Position numbers and translations under genes: made by a program. A stretch of DNA of 64,000 nt from the NCBI GenBank assembly GCA_965140445.1, contig OZ223236.1, positions 3,264,001 to 3,328,000 on the forward strand, in the 5' to 3' direction. The notes beneath the pieces are model-generated. The model worked only from the letters and a program-made list of their open reading frames with translations, was not told where the DNA came from and made no database searches. Positions within the stretch are counted from its first letter, which is position 1; each line of letters starts with the position of its first letter. Of this stretch, positions 59,970-64,000 are shown piece by piece. Origin of the DNA: Candidatus Ozemobacteraceae bacterium (GTDB lineage Bacteria > Muiribacteriota > Ozemobacteria > Ozemobacterales > Ozemobacteraceae).

Positions 59970-60973
59970 TTCGCCAGCCTCACTTTAACGTTGCCAAGAT
60001 TTGATGCTTTTAAATCCTTCTGAATGGCGGCTTTTACAATAAAGCATTTATCCCAGGCATTAGGGAGTCTGAAATTTTTCATTACATCCCCAATCAACTG
60101 TGGGAAATAACTGATATCTACGACCTTAGCAGAAAACTCGGTCTCCGACGAAGAATTAATAAAAACCTTATCCCCTTTTTTAACCTTCATAAAATCCTTT
60201 TCGGGAAGGTAAAAAATAAGTTCACTCTTTTCGGATCTTACAAGAGAAAGAAAATGGACCCCGGAATTCAATCTATCCCCAGGTCTGATTTTGCGATTTT
60301 GATGTTCCAAGGTAGGGTAAAAGAGATATCCATCTTCGGGGGCATAAATTTTATATCTGGCTTTGGTGGAATCAAATATCTCATAATAGTTTTTCCAGAT
60401 GTTTTCCTTTTTCTCAAAAAGTTTTTTCTTAATCTCAAGATTTTCTTTGGCAGCTTTAAGCTTGTGTTTTAGAGCTTCTGATTCAAAGGCCAATAGATTA
60501 AAGTCACAATCCAAAATTTTCTGTTTTATCAAAGAAAGGTGACTCTTTTTCTGAAGATCCAGCTTTGCTTGTTGAGTTCTGATGGTCATTGCTTCCAATT
60601 GCTGTTGAACCTGAATAATGTGTTTTTCTAGATAAAGTAAGTCACTTTGGTTATTTGCCTTAATTTGAGGAAACTGCCGATCAAGATGATCTCTTGCCCC
60701 ATCCATCCGAAACAGAAATTCAGCGATGCAGTCACCAGCTTTAACCTTTTTTCCTTCTTTTTCAATTGTAGAAATTTGAATGCCATTACTGGAAGAACCC
60801 CAGAAAGGCAAACTAAAGGTATTTTGTGGGGCGCCAAAGGCTATAAAATCTTTCGGAACAATCTGGCCATCGTATTGCTCTAGCTCCTTAGCTGAAATAG
60901 CCGCAAGACAGACGAGAAGAAAAACTAACACCGTTGTTAAATTAAAAACAGACCTGGACATTGATTTCAACAT
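59966..60973 (-). CDS. Second periplasmic adaptor-like protein (HlyD family)
   Basis: Signal/TM, EGKKVKAGD, coiled coil, IYAPEDG, VKKGDKV. Confidence 0.75.
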   Translation of the reverse strand: MLKSMSRSVFNLTTVLVFLLVCLAAISAKELEQYDGQIVPKDFIAFGAPQNTFSLPFWGSSSNGIQISTIEKEGKKVKAGDCIAEFLFRMDGARDHLDRQFPQIKANNQSDLLYLEKHIIQVQQQLEAMTIRTQQAKLDLQKKSHLSLIKQKILDCDFNLLAFESEALKHKLKAAKENLEIKKKLFEKKENIWKNYYEIFDSTKARYKIYAPEDGYLFYPTLEHQNRKIRPGDRLNSGVHFLSLVRSEKSELIFYLPEKDFMKVKKGDKVFINSSSETEFSAKVVDISYFPQLIGDVMKNFRLPNAWDKCFIVKAAIQKDLKASNLGNVKVRLAK

Positions 60974-61671
60974 GCTTTCCCTCCTTCGGAGGGAACAAAA
61001 CCATGCTTCAGTTGTCCATCAGACATTACAAGGCAACGATCAGTCATCTCAGCTACTTCTCTTGAGTGAGTAATAATTATTATGGTTATTCCAAATTCTT
61101 TATTTAAACTGCGAAATAGCTGCATTATCTCTAATCCAACTTTTACATCAAGGTTTCCGGTGGGTTCATCTGCCAGAATGAGTTTCGGGTGTTTAACCAG
61201 CGCCCTGGCAATTGCAACTCTCTGTCGTTCGCCACCGCTAAGTTGCCGGGGAAGATGATCGAGTCTATGTCCCAATTGCACACGATCAAGCCATTTTTTA
61301 GCCTGAATATCTGCATCTTTGTTCGAAAAATTGAGAAATTCCAATGGGAATTTCACATTATCCAAAACCGTTAAATATTTCAGTAGATGAAATTGTTGAA
61401 ATATAAAACCAATGGTTTTCGCTCGAATATCTGACAACTGGTTATCTGTCATTGTTTCGATAGAAGTGCCTTCCAGAAAATAGTTTCCTGAAGTGGCTGT
61501 ATCCAGACAACCAAGAATATTCATCAAAGTTGATTTTCCCGACCCAGAGGGACCCATAATCGAAAGGAATTCTCCTTTTTTAATGGAAAAAGAAACTCCC
61601 TTCAAAACTGGCACATCTACTAAACCAAGATTATAGTGCTTTACTATGTTATCAACAGAAATCAGGGTCAT
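60967..61671 (-). CDS. MacB/LolD-type ABC ATP-binding protein
   Basis: GPSGSGKST, LSGGERQRVAIAR, ADEPTGNLD. Confidence 0.95.
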   Translation of the reverse strand: MTLISVDNIVKHYNLGLVDVPVLKGVSFSIKKGEFLSIMGPSGSGKSTLMNILGCLDTATSGNYFLEGTSIETMTDNQLSDIRAKTIGFIFQQFHLLKYLTVLDNVKFPLEFLNFSNKDADIQAKKWLDRVQLGHRLDHLPRQLSGGERQRVAIARALVKHPKLILADEPTGNLDVKVGLEIMQLFRSLNKEFGITIIIITHSREVAEMTDRCLVMSDGQLKHGFVPSEGGKAC

Positions 61672-63092
61672 GACTCAATCTCAATATCAAAAAACTTGAA
61701 GAGGGTTCCTTCGATGAGAAGTTTCTGGATGCGAAACTTATTTAACAAGACAAGAGTTCTTATCTCCTGAAGGGTTGAGTCCTCCAGCTCCCGTTGAAAT
61801 CTAACTACGTCCGCCAAAGTTGAAATTCCGTTTTTATATTTTTCTGTTTCGTTTTCAAGTTTTTTTCTGGCTAGTTCTGTGGCTCTTCCTTTAGCCTTTA
61901 AAACACTTCGTTGGTGTTTAATATCCAGAAACAGCTTTCTTATGTCATACTTCAGATTAAACTTCACATCGCCCATTGAAAGCTCGCTTCTTTTAATGGC
62001 AATTTTCGATTTATCCAGCAAAGCTCGATCCGATCTTCTTGATAGTGGAACCTCATAGACAAGACCTATGGAATATTCATCCTTGCCGTAACTTGAATCC
62101 CTGCGGGTAATATCATAATTAGCCTGGAAATCCAAAATGGGAAGAAGTTGGTTTCTGTATATATCCATATCCAGCCGTGATTTTTGCAGAGCAAAAGCTT
62201 TTATTTTAAAACTTGGATTATTAGCAAAGGTAATGCTTTGAGTTTCTTCCAGATTCATCTGATCGTTTAAACAAGCCTCAAAGGAATCACTTGCAATAAA
62301 GGAATTAGTATCCGGTGTATCAATATTCAATAATCGCTTTATGCTAAGCTCATAATAGGCAATGTCTCTTAACGCAGAATCCTTTTTGATTTCAAAATTA
62401 ACAACGTTCTCTTCTACCAGGTATATTTCCTGTTCAGGTAATACGCCTTTCTCAATATCATTTTGGGTGTCATTAAATTGCTTCTTAGCTCTTTCAAGGG
62501 CCTGTTCCTGAATTCTCAGATTTTCGCGGGCAAAATACAATTCAAAATACAAACTCGAAAGCTGCTGAATAAATTGATTTAGCTCATATTTGAACAGCTC
62601 CAGACTGGTTTCATATTCAATGGTTTTTATATCAATGTTTATGCCTGTAATCTGTTTTCCAAAATTTTGCAGAAGAGGTCGATTGAGCGAAAAAGAAGCG
62701 TATTTAGTATGATCTCTGTTTGCGGGTGAATATGCTTTACCTGATAAATCAAGACCAAATGTTGTCCCATTCTCAGTCTTTTTCTCCAGGGAATATGAAT
62801 AGTCGATTCCAGTTCTGCCTGATCTTGCGCCGCTCAAAGCTGCTTTCGCATTTGGAATGAAGATTTTCCTTGCTCCTTCAATTTCCAACTTCTTTTCTTT
62901 TGGGGCAAGCTGTTCAGAGAGAATCTGAAGATTCTGTGAAACTCCCATTTTAATGCATTCGTTCAGGGTAATGATTTTTGTTTCAGCAGCTAGAAGTTGT
63001 ACACAAAATAGTGATCCAAAAATAAAACATGAGAATGCCAGCCTGATTTTTCCTTTTAAACTTCTTCCGAACAATGCGTAATTCTTTCTCAA
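61668..63092 (-). CDS. TolC-family outer membrane efflux protein
   Basis: Signal peptide, TLNECIKMG..QN, LNRPLLQNFG, NQLLP.LD, KYKNGIST. Confidence 0.85.
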   Translation of the reverse strand: MRKNYALFGRSLKGKIRLAFSCFIFGSLFCVQLLAAETKIITLNECIKMGVSQNLQILSEQLAPKEKKLEIEGARKIFIPNAKAALSGARSGRTGIDYSYSLEKKTENGTTFGLDLSGKAYSPANRDHTKYASFSLNRPLLQNFGKQITGINIDIKTIEYETSLELFKYELNQFIQQLSSLYFELYFARENLRIQEQALERAKKQFNDTQNDIEKGVLPEQEIYLVEENVVNFEIKKDSALRDIAYYELSIKRLLNIDTPDTNSFIASDSFEACLNDQMNLEETQSITFANNPSFKIKAFALQKSRLDMDIYRNQLLPILDFQANYDITRRDSSYGKDEYSIGLVYEVPLSRRSDRALLDKSKIAIKRSELSMGDVKFNLKYDIRKLFLDIKHQRSVLKAKGRATELARKKLENETEKYKNGISTLADVVRFQRELEDSTLQEIRTLVLLNKFRIQKLLIEGTLFKFFDIEIES

Positions 63093-63354
63093 GAAAGTAT
63101 CTCCAGGCGGGAAAATTAGAAATAAATTGTCGCTATTTTTCCCTAGATTTGAATGCCAAAATTATTTAATAAATTTTTATCAACCAATACGATAAATGCA
63201 GGCAAAGGTAACAACTTTTCGCCTCCTTTGTATAGCTCAAAATATACAATAAGAGAAAGTCTTTCATATTTTCCCCAGAATTCCCACATTTCTTCATTTA
63301 TTCATTAGTATTAATCAGAGAGCAAAAAAATGAATATTTTGAAGGGTACATTAT

Positions 63355-63777
63355 ATGAATAAAGCGGTTAAAATTTTAGGAATAATTCTCGCTCTGGTGA
63401 TTCTGTTGGTAATTTTTACTCCAACTCGTAGCGATGTGCGCTCAAATAAAATTGCTGAGGCTTGCTACAGCATGCAAAATCTATTAGAAACTGTAATTGA
63501 GGAGCATAATCAAAAGCACCCAGAAAATCAAATCAAAGAATTTGAAGGAAAGAAAACAATAGATCTGCTGAACAAAGAAGGTTACTTAAAAGGCCCGCTG
63601 GTTTGCCATAAAATCATAAGAGACAGACTTGGAAGTTCTTTTCTGGAATATTGGTATTCTCTTTTTTCACCGCGCACAAAGATAATGAAAGATCAATATA
63701 GACACGAAAGTTTTGCTTCTGAAACAGGAAAAATTAATGTTATCTGCATCGAACATGGAGATCAGCCCAAAAAGTAG
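63355..63777 (+). CDS. Hypothetical pilin-like protein
   Basis: N-terminal TM ending in P, ACYSMQNLLETVIEEHN, GYLKGPLVC, VICIEHG. Confidence 0.6.
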   Translation: MNKAVKILGIILALVILLVIFTPTRSDVRSNKIAEACYSMQNLLETVIEEHNQKHPENQIKEFEGKKTIDLLNKEGYLKGPLVCHKIIRDRLGSSFLEYWYSLFSPRTKIMKDQYRHESFASETGKINVICIEHGDQPKK

Positions 63778-64000
63778 CTTTTAAGTTCTTTTTCCGTGAA
63801 ATACACGTAAATATCCGACTTTGAACTAGTACAAGAAAACCTAAGGCTATGTACCTTTTTTCCAGAATTTCCGTAGAATTAGAAGATAGAAAAAAATAAA
63901 ACCCTAAAAAACTCTTAAGGAGTAGGACTTTGAAATTTTTTAAAACCGAAAGTATAACCTTAATACTGGTTATTATTGTTTTTGGCTTGAATCCTTCTTT

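Overview
AT-rich bacterial chromosomal window, probably from a diderm anaerobe (TolC exporter, many Fe-S proteins). The pilin-like orphans suggest a Riflebacteria-like lineage, but that is only an impression. Layout: (1) 1-14.4 kb, minus strand: thrC-like gene, then a folD-aminotransferase-fhs-gcvT-glyA-gcvH-gcvPA-gcvPB-cca C1/glycine cluster, a TPR protein and a DUF4126-PlsC fusion cut by the window edge. (2) 14.5-17.2 kb: two small toxin-antitoxin cassettes (HicB with a HicA remnant; HTH-MNT with HEPN), each bounded by a diverged extra copy of the 3' end of a DUF2585 gene. (3) 17.3-30.7 kb: hypothetical proteins, a ~1900-aa double-VWA protein, a Trm11-like methyltransferase and a PocR hybrid kinase. 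(4) 30.7-53.3 kb: the best candidate for an undescribed system, a ~21-kb tightly coupled operon. It joins a radical SAM enzyme, a DUF116-polyprenyl synthase fusion, a prenyltransferase-like barrel and a DxDD class II terpene cyclase to membrane/Tat-type ferredoxins, a fused NuoEF/HydCB-like flavoprotein without a catalytic partner, four PQQ-like beta-propellers (a fifth is divergent and interrupted) and a LolD/FtsX-type ABC system. (5) 53.5-64 kb: aminopeptidase, a membrane-anchored protein resembling only DnaK subdomain IIB, a secreted protein with a sigma54-type promoter, and a TolC/MacAB-type exporter with two adaptors. No rRNA, tRNA, CRISPR array, integrase or transposase was recognised. 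All family calls come from motif recognition by eye, not database searches.
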